DNA of 37,268 nt from an uncultured Acidimicrobiaceae bacterium (GCA_964600055.1 CAZRID010000003.1:1-37268); one strand, 5' to 3'; positions 1 through 8,500 are shown, numbered from the stretch's first letter. The notes: generated by a model not told the origin, from the letters alone. Translations and numbers: made by a program.

Positions 1-379
1 GATAATGCCCATCGGGAAACAAGAGGATCGAGGAGAACATGGCTACCAGACCCACCGCGAAGACGCCGTCAGACAGCGTGACCAGATCCAAACCAACCGC
101 CTCGCCGTATTCACCAGTCGATACCCCGGCTCCTACCAGTGCCGGTCCAATGAGGAACAGCCAGCCGACAGGGTTGGACGGGATGCGCCTCGCCAGAAAG
201 GCACCCACCAGCGGAAAGGCCATGAACGAGAGGGCCCACAGCTTGTCGAGCGGGGTGGTCACTTCCTGAGACCACCTGTCGTAGATCACACCCGGCGCCC
301 ACGCCAGGAACACCACGGCGAGGAGGATCCACGGGAGCACCGACAGAACCAATGAGGAAACTCGAGATCGCGTGGTCAT
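1..379 (-). CDS. Polytopic membrane sensor-like protein, paralog 0. Only the N-terminal 126 codons are present; the 3' end lies beyond the left window edge.
   Basis: It is absent from the ORF track because it runs off the edge. My own minus-strand translation from ATG (379-377) is open down to nt 2: MTTRSRVSSLVLSVLPWILLAVVFLAWAPG...FLARRIPSNPVGWLFLIGP...SSILLFPDGHY. It shares the R-x-P-x-N-x-VG and (L/V)FP(D/S)G motifs with the four complete paralogs. Its start overlaps the stop of the upstream paralog (TGATG). Confidence 0.75.
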   Translation of the reverse strand, partial: MTTRSRVSSLVLSVLPWILLAVVFLAWAPGVIYDRWSQEVTTPLDKLWALSFMAFPLVGAFLARRIPSNPVGWLFLIGPALVGAGVSTGEYGEAVGLDLVTLSDGVFAVGLVAMFSSILLFPDGHY

Positions 380-1512
380 CAGCCCTCCCTCAACCAGACT
401 CCCACAGATGCCGGTTGCATGGTCTCTGACACCACACCCACCCAGCCGTCGACGACCTCCACGCTGTCGACCCGGTCCCGCAACGACCCGGCGAAACGGT
501 CCATCACCCGCTGGGCGTCATAACGGGAACGGTTGAACCGCCGATCCACCCAGACCTGGACCCGTCTCCGCACCGGGTTGAACAGGGCGGCCACGGCGAG
601 GGTCGACGCCGCAATCGCCAGATCACTCTCAGTCGGGAGGATCGAGCTGGCCGCCGTGACCACACCGAAGAAGACCGCTGCCAACAGACCGATCACCAGC
701 CCATATGCAACCGTTCGGGACAGGATCCGGTCGATCTCATAGAGTCTGTAGCGAAGCACGGCGAAGAGAATGGCAAGGGGGATCGAGGTCACGGCCACGG
801 CCACCACCCACCAAACCACCTCGTCCTCCGTGATTACCGCGGCGATGTAGGCCACAGCAAAGATCCCAGTCGCCGCCAGGAGCCACTTGATCTGCTGTCG
901 TTCGACGGATCCAGCAGCGCGGTAGCGCGCCACGACGGAGATGCTGGAAGCGACGGCAGACAGGTATCCGAGGATGAAGCCGGCGTCGACCAGAGCGTAT
1001 CCCGGCGACTCGTCCAAACGATCCATGGACACCAGCGTGTCGAGGGGAAGACCCCAGATGATGCCGGCGCCCACGATCGCGGATAACGCCCCGGTCACAG
1101 GAGCGATCAGACCTATACGCCACCACCCGATTGGCCTTCCGCTGGGAAACACGAGGATCAGGAGTGCCAGGCAGATCGGGAACAACGCACCCACCCAGCC
1201 CCCCAGCCAGCCGAAGAAATAGGCACCGGGATAATCGGTGCCGGTCGATCGGAGCGATGCGATGGCATAGCCGTTCCCGAACAAATAGATGACAAAGGCC
1301 GAGCCGGCAACCAGGGCGAGAGGACCGACCGAGTTCGATGGGTGCCTCAAGGTCAGGATGCCGCCCACCACAACCATGCACACCGCAGCCACCAGGAACC
1401 CAATGAAGGATGCGGAATCAGGGTTCGGTAGAGTCAGCCAGACGGCGCCGGCGAGAATCATCAGCAGGGTCCACACCGCAATTGCCCACCCCACGACGGC
1501 CCTTCTCATCAT
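379..1512 (-). CDS. Polytopic membrane sensor-like protein, paralog 1 (kinase-less, with the conserved C-terminal RYRLYEIDR...FNRSRYDAQRV module)
   Basis: ORF track gives 377 aa with about 8-10 hydrophobic helices. Motifs present: LRHPSNSVGPL, VFPSGRP, ARYRAAGSVERQQIKWLL, LRYRLYEIDRILSRTV, LFNPVRRRVQVWVDRRFNRSRYDAQRVMDRFAGSLRD. No H-box or ATPase motifs. Confidence 0.85.
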   Translation of the reverse strand: MMRRAVVGWAIAVWTLLMILAGAVWLTLPNPDSASFIGFLVAAVCMVVVGGILTLRHPSNSVGPLALVAGSAFVIYLFGNGYAIASLRSTGTDYPGAYFFGWLGGWVGALFPICLALLILVFPSGRPIGWWRIGLIAPVTGALSAIVGAGIIWGLPLDTLVSMDRLDESPGYALVDAGFILGYLSAVASSISVVARYRAAGSVERQQIKWLLAATGIFAVAYIAAVITEDEVVWWVVAVAVTSIPLAILFAVLRYRLYEIDRILSRTVAYGLVIGLLAAVFFGVVTAASSILPTESDLAIAASTLAVAALFNPVRRRVQVWVDRRFNRSRYDAQRVMDRFAGSLRDRVDSVEVVDGWVGVVSETMQPASVGVWLREG

Positions 1513-2645
1513 CCGTCCCTCACCCAGACCCCCACCGACGTCGGTTGCATGGTCTCGGACACGACCCCAACCCAGCCGTCAACGACCTCCTCGCTGTCAA
1601 CCCGATCCCGCAATGACCCGGCGAACCGATCCATGACCCTCTGGGCGTCATATCGGGAACGGTTGAACCGACGATCGACCCACAGCTGCACCCGCTTGCG
1701 CACCGGGTTGAAAAGACCCGCCACGGCCAGAGTCGACGCCGCAATCGCCAGGTCGCTTTCGGTCGAAAGCAGAGTGCTCACGGCCGTCACCACAACGAAG
1801 AAGATCGCTGCGAGCAAGCCGACGACCAACAGATAGCCAACGGTGCGCGAGATCAGGCGGTCGATGTCATAGAGGCGATAACGGAGCACCGCGATGCCGA
1901 TCGCTCCCGGGATGGCCGATCCTCCCAAGATCCAGAGAGAGTCAACGTTGCTGTCTTCAGGAACGAATTGACCGATGCTCATGATGAGCAGAAACGCCAC
2001 GGCGCCCATCAGCAGCCATTGATACTGGAGTCGCTCCACCCCAACACTGCGGCGCCATCTCGCCACGACGAGGACGATGGCGAACAAAACAAACGCGAGT
2101 AACACGAAAAACGATTGATCCGCTGTGATGGCGGACCCAACTTCCTGTAACGCCGGGACCGCCAGGGGACTCGGAAGCCCTGTTTCTTCCATCGGTGCCG
2201 GGTCGACGACGAACCCAATTGACACTATCAATCCGAACCCAATGAGGGATCTTCCGGTGACCCGTTCGGCCCCGCCTGCGTAGCCACCCGACGGATAGAC
2301 CAGCACGAGCCAGACGATGGCAATCCAAGGGAAGACTCCGAGAAGGACATTCGCCAGTTCGACCCAGGCTGCGCCAGGTCCCTTGGGCAGGATTGCGCTC
2401 AGAGCGAGAAACCCCATCCCCAGGCCCCAGCCCAGTCCAATGGCCAAAGCTGCACGGCCCACTCCGTTACCAGGACGCTTGATCAGGATCAGATAACCAA
2501 CGGGTGCCCAGAGCAGCCAAGCAAAGGGCCACATTCGGTCGCCACCCTCGAGGGCCGGTCCGAGTGCACCGGCAAGGATTCCCCCGGTGGCGATGGTCAG
2601 AGCAACAAAGAGCACTGCTTTTCTCACGATCTCCCTCGGACCCAT
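1509..2645 (-). CDS. Polytopic membrane sensor-like protein, paralog 2
   Basis: ORF track gives 378 aa with the same architecture and C-terminal module (LRYRLYDIDRLISRTV...WVDRRFNRSRYDAQRVMDRFAGSLRD). Its stop overlaps the paralog 1 start (ATGA). An alternative GTG start at 2627 would give a GTGA overlap with the paralog 3 stop. Confidence 0.85.
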   Translation of the reverse strand: MGPREIVRKAVLFVALTIATGGILAGALGPALEGGDRMWPFAWLLWAPVGYLILIKRPGNGVGRAALAIGLGWGLGMGFLALSAILPKGPGAAWVELANVLLGVFPWIAIVWLVLVYPSGGYAGGAERVTGRSLIGFGLIVSIGFVVDPAPMEETGLPSPLAVPALQEVGSAITADQSFFVLLAFVLFAIVLVVARWRRSVGVERLQYQWLLMGAVAFLLIMSIGQFVPEDSNVDSLWILGGSAIPGAIGIAVLRYRLYDIDRLISRTVGYLLVVGLLAAIFFVVVTAVSTLLSTESDLAIAASTLAVAGLFNPVRKRVQLWVDRRFNRSRYDAQRVMDRFAGSLRDRVDSEEVVDGWVGVVSETMQPTSVGVWVRDG

Positions 2646-3835
2646 ACCGCCACGGCGGTAGGTTGCATGGTCTCGGAGACGACGCCCACCCAGCCACGAA
2701 CGACTTCCTCGCTGTCGACCAGGTCCCGCAAGGAACCGGCGAACCGGTCCATCACACGTTGGGCGTCATAGCGCGACCGATTGAACCGGCGGTCGACCCA
2801 GCCCTGCACCCTTTTCCGGACCGGGTTGAACAGCGCCGCCACGGCCAGGGTCGACCCGGCCACAGCCAGTTGGCTCTCCGCCTGGAGCACCGAGGACAGA
2901 GCCGTCACCACGCCGAAGAAGAGCGCACCCAGTAGCCCGACCACGATCACATAGGTGACCGTGCGCGAGATGATCCGATCGATTTCGTAGAGGCGATAGC
3001 GGAGAACGGCGATGGCGACCGCCACCGGGATTCCGGCAAGCGACAGCCCGAAGAGGAGTTCCGGCACTCCCCCTTCCTCGAGCCCAATCCCGATGGCCGC
3101 GCTTGCGTAGACCAATCCGAACAACCCCACCGCATACAGAGGCCATTTGAGCTGCTCACGCTGCTCGGACGAGCCCCTGCGGAACCGGACGACGACTGCT
3201 GCGAGACAGGTCAATGTGAGGAGCAAGAGGGCGATACTCCACACCGAGTCGAATACCGCTCCCTCGTCGAAGAACTCTGTCGTCAGGGCCAACCCGATTG
3301 GGTTCGCCACCGACCAGACAGTCTCCTCGTCAACCATGAGCGAAAGCTCCGAGCCGAACCCGCTCAAACCCATCATGGTCGCCACCATCGCCCCCTCCAA
3401 CCAGACAACCCATCGCCAGCGCGGGGAAAGGAGTCTTCCGTTGGGAAAAGTCAGGAGCAGGTGGAACACCGGGAAGATGAGCAGCACCCACGCCCAGCTG
3501 GTGATCCACAATACAAGCCACAACCAGAGGTCGGCTCTCACGGGCGCAGGGTCGAGGTTGTGAAGCCAGACCGTGGCCAGCTCGGTGAGCGGAAGGCTGA
3601 GACCGGGGATGATCAGGAGCCAGCCGATGACATTTCGCGGTTGCCTGGAGACGATCATGGCTCCGCTCAGCACGAATGCACACAGGGCCAGGACTAGTGC
3701 GACTCCCGCCAGAGCACTGAGGACGGTCGAACCAAACTCACCGGCCTGATACAAGGACCACGTCATGACCCCGATCGCGACGAAGGCCAAGGATGCAACG
3801 GCCCAGACGAGCCTGGCCACGAATCGCTCAGACAC
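2624..3835 (-). CDS. Polytopic membrane sensor-like protein, paralog 3 (first gene of the minus-strand paralog operon)
   Basis: ORF track gives 403 aa. Motifs present: SRQPRNVIGWLL, TFPNGRLLSPRWRW, RFRRGSSEQREQLKW, LRYRLYEIDRIISRTV, WVDRRFNRSRYDAQRVMDRFAGSLRD. Confidence 0.85.
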   Translation of the reverse strand: MSERFVARLVWAVASLAFVAIGVMTWSLYQAGEFGSTVLSALAGVALVLALCAFVLSGAMIVSRQPRNVIGWLLIIPGLSLPLTELATVWLHNLDPAPVRADLWLWLVLWITSWAWVLLIFPVFHLLLTFPNGRLLSPRWRWVVWLEGAMVATMMGLSGFGSELSLMVDEETVWSVANPIGLALTTEFFDEGAVFDSVWSIALLLLTLTCLAAVVVRFRRGSSEQREQLKWPLYAVGLFGLVYASAAIGIGLEEGGVPELLFGLSLAGIPVAVAIAVLRYRLYEIDRIISRTVTYVIVVGLLGALFFGVVTALSSVLQAESQLAVAGSTLAVAALFNPVRKRVQGWVDRRFNRSRYDAQRVMDRFAGSLRDLVDSEEVVRGWVGVVSETMQPTAVAVWVRGRS

Positions 3836-4045
3836 TCCTGGAGCTCCTCACGTCTCCTGCTCGCAATTGGGCTCGTCGGTGCTCCCCTTATGTCGGATGG
3901 GGACCTGGCCGCGGCTCATCAATCTCCCACTGTGTCCACAACGCAATCATTCTCGAACCACGTTACGGAAGCGCAACGAGGTCCGCTGCTGACGATGACA
4001 GCCGTTCCGGTTCTTCCGGTTGGCACTAACCCGTAACGCAAGACT

Positions 4046-6820
4046 ATGTTGCCCACGCCAACGAGGGCCCCAAAAAGCCAAATGCTTTCAGTGAATCTGC
4101 TCGGACCACCCGAGGTGTCGATCGATGGGAAACCGATCGAGGTCGACACCAGGAAGGCGATCGCCCTACTTGCCTACCTCGTGGTCGAGAAATCTGCCAC
4201 CAGGGACACCCTGGCCGGGCTCCTGTGGGCCGATTCCTCACAGGAAAGGGCTCGAGCGACGCTGCGACGCACGCTCTCAGCATTGCGCGGGGCGACCGGC
4301 TCCGACCTGATCGAGGCGGATCGAAACATGGTTTCGCTGGTTGGGGACATCACGTCGGATCTGGATGTGCTCGCCGCCGAGCTGAACGCCACCACCGGTC
4401 ACGACCACGACCCTCACGACGTTTGCAGCCAATGCATCCCCCATCTCCGTCGGGCCACCGTCCTTTATCGAGGGGACTTCCTTCAGGGATTCTCGCTGCG
4501 GGCATCACCGGAATTCGATGACTGGGAGCGAACTGTCACCGAATCGATGCGGCTAAGGGTTGGTGGGGCCTTCAACCGTCTGGGGACGGCGCTAGCTGCC
4601 GCTGGTGACTACCCGGCCGCAATCGCTGCTGTCACGAAATGGCTCGATCTGGATCAGCTCCACGAGCCTGCTCACCGCTTCCTCATGCTCCTCAACGCTT
4701 GGGCCGGCGACCGGCCCGGAGGGATAGAGGCATACATGAAGTGCGTGGCCATCCTCGATCAGGAGCTCGGTGTCTCTCCGCTGGAGGAGACAACCGAACT
4801 CTACGGAGCGATCCTCGACGAGGACCTCCCGCCACCACCGGGGGCAAGACGACGGATCCGGGCTGATGTCCAGCCTCCCCGACACACGACGAGCGACCTG
4901 ATCGACCGCGAAGCAGAGCTTCGGATCCTCCGCAACGGGGTTCGCTCTGTCACCACCCGGGGCCAGCTCATAGTCATGACCGGTGCGGCCTGGATGGGCA
5001 AGACCCGTCTTCTCGAAGAGGCGACCGCGGAGGCTGCGGCCCAGGATCGGCGAGCACTGATCGGCCGTTCCTTTCGAATGGAGCAGACACTGCCCTACGG
5101 CGTGGCCACCCAGATCCTGCGCGGCGCCCTGCCCTTGATTGAGGCAAAACTCGCAGAGATCCCTGATTGGGCGCTGGCGGAGATCGGGCGACTGTTGCCC
5201 GAACTCGGCACTGACACATCCGACGGTACGGCAGACCGGTTCGGCGAATTGCGGCTTCTGGAGGGAATTCACACCGTGGTGTCGGCCCTCGCCGCCGCGC
5301 AGCCGCTCGTCGTCATCCTCGATGACGTGCAATGGGTGGACCCGGCCTCGGCTGGGGTGTTTTCTTATCTTGCCCGTCGCATCCCGGCGGTGCCGATGCT
5401 CATGATCGTTGCCGCTCGATCGGGGGACGATCTCCTCCCTTCGATGGCAGACCTGATCGGAAACGCTGATCAGTCGATGACAATCGGGCCCCTCACCAGC
5501 GGCGACCTCATCCCCTTGACGGGTGGTGAGGCCCAGGCCAAACGGCTCCAGAGGCAAACTGGCGGGGTTCCCCTTCTGGTGGTCGAGGCGCTTTCGTCGG
5601 AAGGAGCTCACCCGATCGAGACGCCGGGTGTCCTCCGGTACATGGAGTCGAGATTGCGCGAGGTCGGCGATCTGGGTCGTCAGATCCTCACTGCGGCCGC
5701 GGTCCTCAGTGGGATCTGTGACGCGGCGCTCCTCCGCGAGACAAGCGGAAGGAGTGACGAAGAGGTGGTCGAGGCGGTGGAGGAGTTGGTGGGAGCCGGG
5801 CTACTCCGAGAAATGCCCGAATCGGATGGGCTGAGCTTCACCCTCGACGCCCTGGAGAAAGTCGCCTACGACTCGACCTCGCTGGTCCGGAGGCGCCTGC
5901 TACACCGACGCGCCGCACGAGCCCTGGCAGAAAGAAGCCATTCCCGGACAGATCCCCGGCTCGCCGCCGCGGTCGCCGGCCAATACCAGGCTGCCGGTGA
6001 TCCCGAGGTTGCCGGCTGGTATCACCTGGCCGGAGACCTGGCTCGGGCCGTGTATGCCCACGACTCCGCCCGACACTTCTACGAGACGTCCCTGGCCTTC
6101 GACAACGCGGACGTGGCGCAGGTGCGGCTCGCCCTCGGCGAGCTGGCGATGACCGCCGGTGAATACGACCAGGCGCGCCGGGAGCTGACCACGGCCGCCT
6201 CACACGCCGGGCACGAATCGATTGGCCTGATCGAACATCGAATGGGTGAGGTCGAGCGCCTGCTGGGTCGATTCAACATCGCCGAGGAGCATTTCGGCCG
6301 GGCGATCGAGGATCATCCCGAACCTGCTGCAGTTCTTTCGGACTGGGCACTGCTTGCGCATCGCACCGGAGACACAAAGAAGGCAACGCAACTCGCCGAC
6401 AAGGCGAGACTGGCTGCCGAGCAGGTGGGCGACGTTGGTCAGTTATCGCGGGTGCACAACATCCTCGGAGTGGTCACGTCGGACAAGGACGACGCCCTGG
6501 GACATGTCAATCAGGCCATTCGGCTGGCAGGCGAGGACGATGTGCTCCGGATGGCAGCGCTCAACAACCGCGCCCTGCTCGTTGCTGAGAACGGGAACGC
6601 CGACGAGGCGGTCGAGTTGGTCGAAGAGGCGATCGCCATCGCTGAGCGCACCGGGCACCGGCACCGGGAGGCGGCACTGTGGAATCATCTGGCCGACCTC
6701 CACCATCGGGCCGGCCGCGAGAGTGACGCCCAGGACGCTCTCACCAGGGCGGTGTCCCTGTTCGCGGACATCGACGCCGGCGACATGGAACCCGAGTTGT
6801 GGCTGCTCGCCCGATGGTGA
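4046..6820 (+). CDS. SARP/AfsR-like transcriptional regulator: OmpR-type winged helix, BTAD, P-loop NTPase (NB-ARC/STAND-like), then TPR-like repeats
   Basis: ORF track gives 924 aa. Winged helix: LSVNLLGPPEVSIDGKPIEVDTRKAIALLAYLV. BTAD: LYRGDFLQGF...EPAHRFLMLLNAWAGDRPGGIEAY. Walker A is GAAWMGKT and Walker B is LVVILDDVQWVD. The C-terminal third is helical-repeat rich. ATG 4082 (MLSVNLLGPP) is an equally or more plausible start. Confidence 0.9.
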   Translation: MLPTPTRAPKSQMLSVNLLGPPEVSIDGKPIEVDTRKAIALLAYLVVEKSATRDTLAGLLWADSSQERARATLRRTLSALRGATGSDLIEADRNMVSLVGDITSDLDVLAAELNATTGHDHDPHDVCSQCIPHLRRATVLYRGDFLQGFSLRASPEFDDWERTVTESMRLRVGGAFNRLGTALAAAGDYPAAIAAVTKWLDLDQLHEPAHRFLMLLNAWAGDRPGGIEAYMKCVAILDQELGVSPLEETTELYGAILDEDLPPPPGARRRIRADVQPPRHTTSDLIDREAELRILRNGVRSVTTRGQLIVMTGAAWMGKTRLLEEATAEAAAQDRRALIGRSFRMEQTLPYGVATQILRGALPLIEAKLAEIPDWALAEIGRLLPELGTDTSDGTADRFGELRLLEGIHTVVSALAAAQPLVVILDDVQWVDPASAGVFSYLARRIPAVPMLMIVAARSGDDLLPSMADLIGNADQSMTIGPLTSGDLIPLTGGEAQAKRLQRQTGGVPLLVVEALSSEGAHPIETPGVLRYMESRLREVGDLGRQILTAAAVLSGICDAALLRETSGRSDEEVVEAVEELVGAGLLREMPESDGLSFTLDALEKVAYDSTSLVRRRLLHRRAARALAERSHSRTDPRLAAAVAGQYQAAGDPEVAGWYHLAGDLARAVYAHDSARHFYETSLAFDNADVAQVRLALGELAMTAGEYDQARRELTTAASHAGHESIGLIEHRMGEVERLLGRFNIAEEHFGRAIEDHPEPAAVLSDWALLAHRTGDTKKATQLADKARLAAEQVGDVGQLSRVHNILGVVTSDKDDALGHVNQAIRLAGEDDVLRMAALNNRALLVAENGNADEAVELVEEAIAIAERTGHRHREAALWNHLADLHHRAGRESDAQDALTRAVSLFADIDAGDMEPELWLLARW

Positions 6821-6823
6821 TTT

Positions 6824-6841
6824 CCGTAACGGGGCCGTAAC
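6824..6841 (+). promoter_or_regulatory. Direct repeat CCGTAAC-N4-CCGTAAC at 11-nt periodicity; candidate SARP box upstream of paralog 4
   Basis: Read directly: tttCCGTAACggggCCGTAACacc, in the 33-nt gap between the SARP stop (6820) and the next ORF. A third, imperfect copy CCGTACC lies at 6864-6870. Confidence 0.35.
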
Positions 6842-6853
6842 ACCAGCGATGCG

Positions 6854-8089
6854 ATGATGGAGGCCGTACCGGGACCATCGAAAGCGGCCATGACCAACAG
6901 CCACGAGAAACACACGCGGGCTGCGCGCGACAGAAACCAAGCCTTGTGGCTCCTTGTCCCGGTCTGGGCCTTGGTGGTTGGAGCCTCTGTATATGCCACC
7001 AGCCAGGTCGGGCCAACCGTCGAGCCAGTGGCCCATTTCGGGTGGACCATGCTTGGAGGCGCAATGGTCGTCACCGGGGTACTCATCCTTGCCAACCGCC
7101 CCCGCAACCTGGTTGGTCGACTGATCCTCGCCGCCGGTATCTCCTTCTCGATTGGAGACATGTTGCTCGTCGGCTCATACCTGATGTTCGAAAAGGGCAA
7201 TGTCAACGGCGCCGGGTTGGTGGAGGGTATTGCCTTCTCCGCTGAAACCCTTGGGATACCGCTGCTGATTGCGGCCCTCATCTTCTTCCCGGACGAAACA
7301 CTTCCCACGTCCCGATGGCGATGGGTTCAACCGGCGTTGTGGGCTACAGGAGCCCTGGCCGTTCTTGCCCCGCTGACCAACGGAGGATGGGGCGGAGAGG
7401 CCACGGAGGCAAGCATCGCCAACCCACTCCGGGATGTGTTGTCACCGCTCGCTGAGATCCTCGCCGCGGCGTTTGGCGTGGCCCTCGTCATCGTCTCGGT
7501 AACAGCGTGCCTGACGCTCATCGTCCGCTTCAGACGCTCCGAAGGCATCGCCAGGCAACAGATGAAATGGCTGGCGTTTGCGGCGCTTCTACTGATTATC
7601 TGGATCCCTTTCGACACGATTTCTGTCGATGTCGGGTGGGTGGCAGCGGTGGTAGCCCTTGGGCCGTTGGTCTTCAGCGTGGTCTTAATTTCAATCGCCC
7701 TGGCTGTCTTGCGCTACCGGTTGTACGAGATCGATCGAATCATCTCCCGCACCGTCTCCTACACACTGGTAGTTGCTCTGATCGCCGGGGTTTTCTTCGG
7801 CAGTGTGACTCTGCTCGGCTCGTTGTTGCCCACCGACTCACCGCTTGCGGTGGCCGGCTCGACCCTCGCCGTTGCCACAATGTTCAACCCGGCGCGAAGA
7901 AGGATCCAGAACTGGGTCGACCGCAGGTTCAACCGGAGTCGCTACCACGGCCAGCAGGTTGTGGATCGGTTCACCGCCGAGCTCAGGGACCAGACCGACG
8001 TCGACTCTCTGGCTTCAGGGCTGTGCATCCTCGTTCAGGAGACGCTGCACCCGGTTGGGCTCGGCATTTGGATCTCCGATCGAGGCTGA
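6854..8089 (+). CDS. Polytopic membrane sensor-like protein, paralog 4 (most divergent copy, plus strand)
   Basis: ORF track gives 411 aa. Motifs present: ANRPRNLVGRLIL, FFPDETLPTSRWRW, RFRRSEGIARQQMKWL, LRYRLYEIDRIISRTV, WVDRRFNRSRYHGQQVVDRFTAELRD. Alternative start at ATG 6890 (MTNSHEK). Confidence 0.85.
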   Translation: MMEAVPGPSKAAMTNSHEKHTRAARDRNQALWLLVPVWALVVGASVYATSQVGPTVEPVAHFGWTMLGGAMVVTGVLILANRPRNLVGRLILAAGISFSIGDMLLVGSYLMFEKGNVNGAGLVEGIAFSAETLGIPLLIAALIFFPDETLPTSRWRWVQPALWATGALAVLAPLTNGGWGGEATEASIANPLRDVLSPLAEILAAAFGVALVIVSVTACLTLIVRFRRSEGIARQQMKWLAFAALLLIIWIPFDTISVDVGWVAAVVALGPLVFSVVLISIALAVLRYRLYEIDRIISRTVSYTLVVALIAGVFFGSVTLLGSLLPTDSPLAVAGSTLAVATMFNPARRRIQNWVDRRFNRSRYHGQQVVDRFTAELRDQTDVDSLASGLCILVQETLHPVGLGIWISDRG

Positions 8090-8151
8090 GTCGTTCGGCC
8101 CATGCCGGCCCTCTAAAGGCTTGCGTCATCCCTGCCGAAGAATCCCGGGAT

Positions 8152-8424
8152 ATGACCGTTTCGACCATCACCACTCTCAACGAATGGGCAGTGCATCCAA
8201 TCGGCAAGGTGGCGCGGGTGGCGATCGCGGCCCTGGGTCTCATGTCGGCCACGTTGGTTCTCTTAGTGGCAACCATGAACAGCCAGGCCGCCTGGACCCT
8301 GGTCCTGCTCGGGGTGGCACTGGCTGCCACATCGGTGCGTGCAGCGGCCTGCCCCAGCTTGATCCGTCTCACCACGCTTGCCGCCGTCATGATCGCGGTG
8401 CCCTACGTCGGGCAAACCATCTAG
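8152..8424 (+). CDS. Small hypothetical membrane protein (90 aa, 2-3 predicted TM helices)
   Basis: This is the tail of track ORF 7507..8424, starting from ATG 8152: MTVSTITTLNEWAVHPIGKVARVAIAALGLMSATLVLLVATMNSQAAWTLVLLGVALAATSV...IAVPYVGQTI. It is followed by a terminator-like hairpin. No family was recognised. Confidence 0.45.
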   Translation: MTVSTITTLNEWAVHPIGKVARVAIAALGLMSATLVLLVATMNSQAAWTLVLLGVALAATSVRAAACPSLIRLTTLAAVMIAVPYVGQTI

Positions 8425-8465
8425 AAGTCAGCGAAGGGCCACAACGGCCCCGGCGCCCTGCACCC

Positions 8466-8500
8466 AACGGCCACCGGCTAACGGTGGCCGTTGTATTTTC
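8466..8500 (+). terminator. Intrinsic terminator-like hairpin
   Basis: aacggccaccg-gctaa-cggtggccgtt: a perfect 11-bp stem with a 5-nt loop, followed by gtattttc. Confidence 0.6.

Noticed and set aside
5-355. Plus-strand ORFs at the left edge (5..355 and 39..269), plus the minus ORF 111..332
   Set aside because: Their products are Arg/Pro/Gly/His-rich with no recognisable motifs. The opposite strand in another frame gives a clean membrane protein that shares motifs with the neighbouring paralogs and starts exactly at the upstream gene's stop.
4046-6820. The possibility that the P-loop/TPR protein is an Avs-like antiphage STAND NTPase
   Set aside because: The N-terminal effector position is occupied by an OmpR-type winged helix plus BTAD, the canonical SARP/AfsR transcription-activator layout. 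No nuclease, protease, Sir2 or TIR-type effector domain is visible.
7507-8151. Track ORF 7507..8424 (305 aa), which overlaps paralog 4
   Set aside because: The overlapping part has shadow-ORF composition. Only the non-overlapping tail from ATG 8152 is retained, as a low-confidence small membrane protein.
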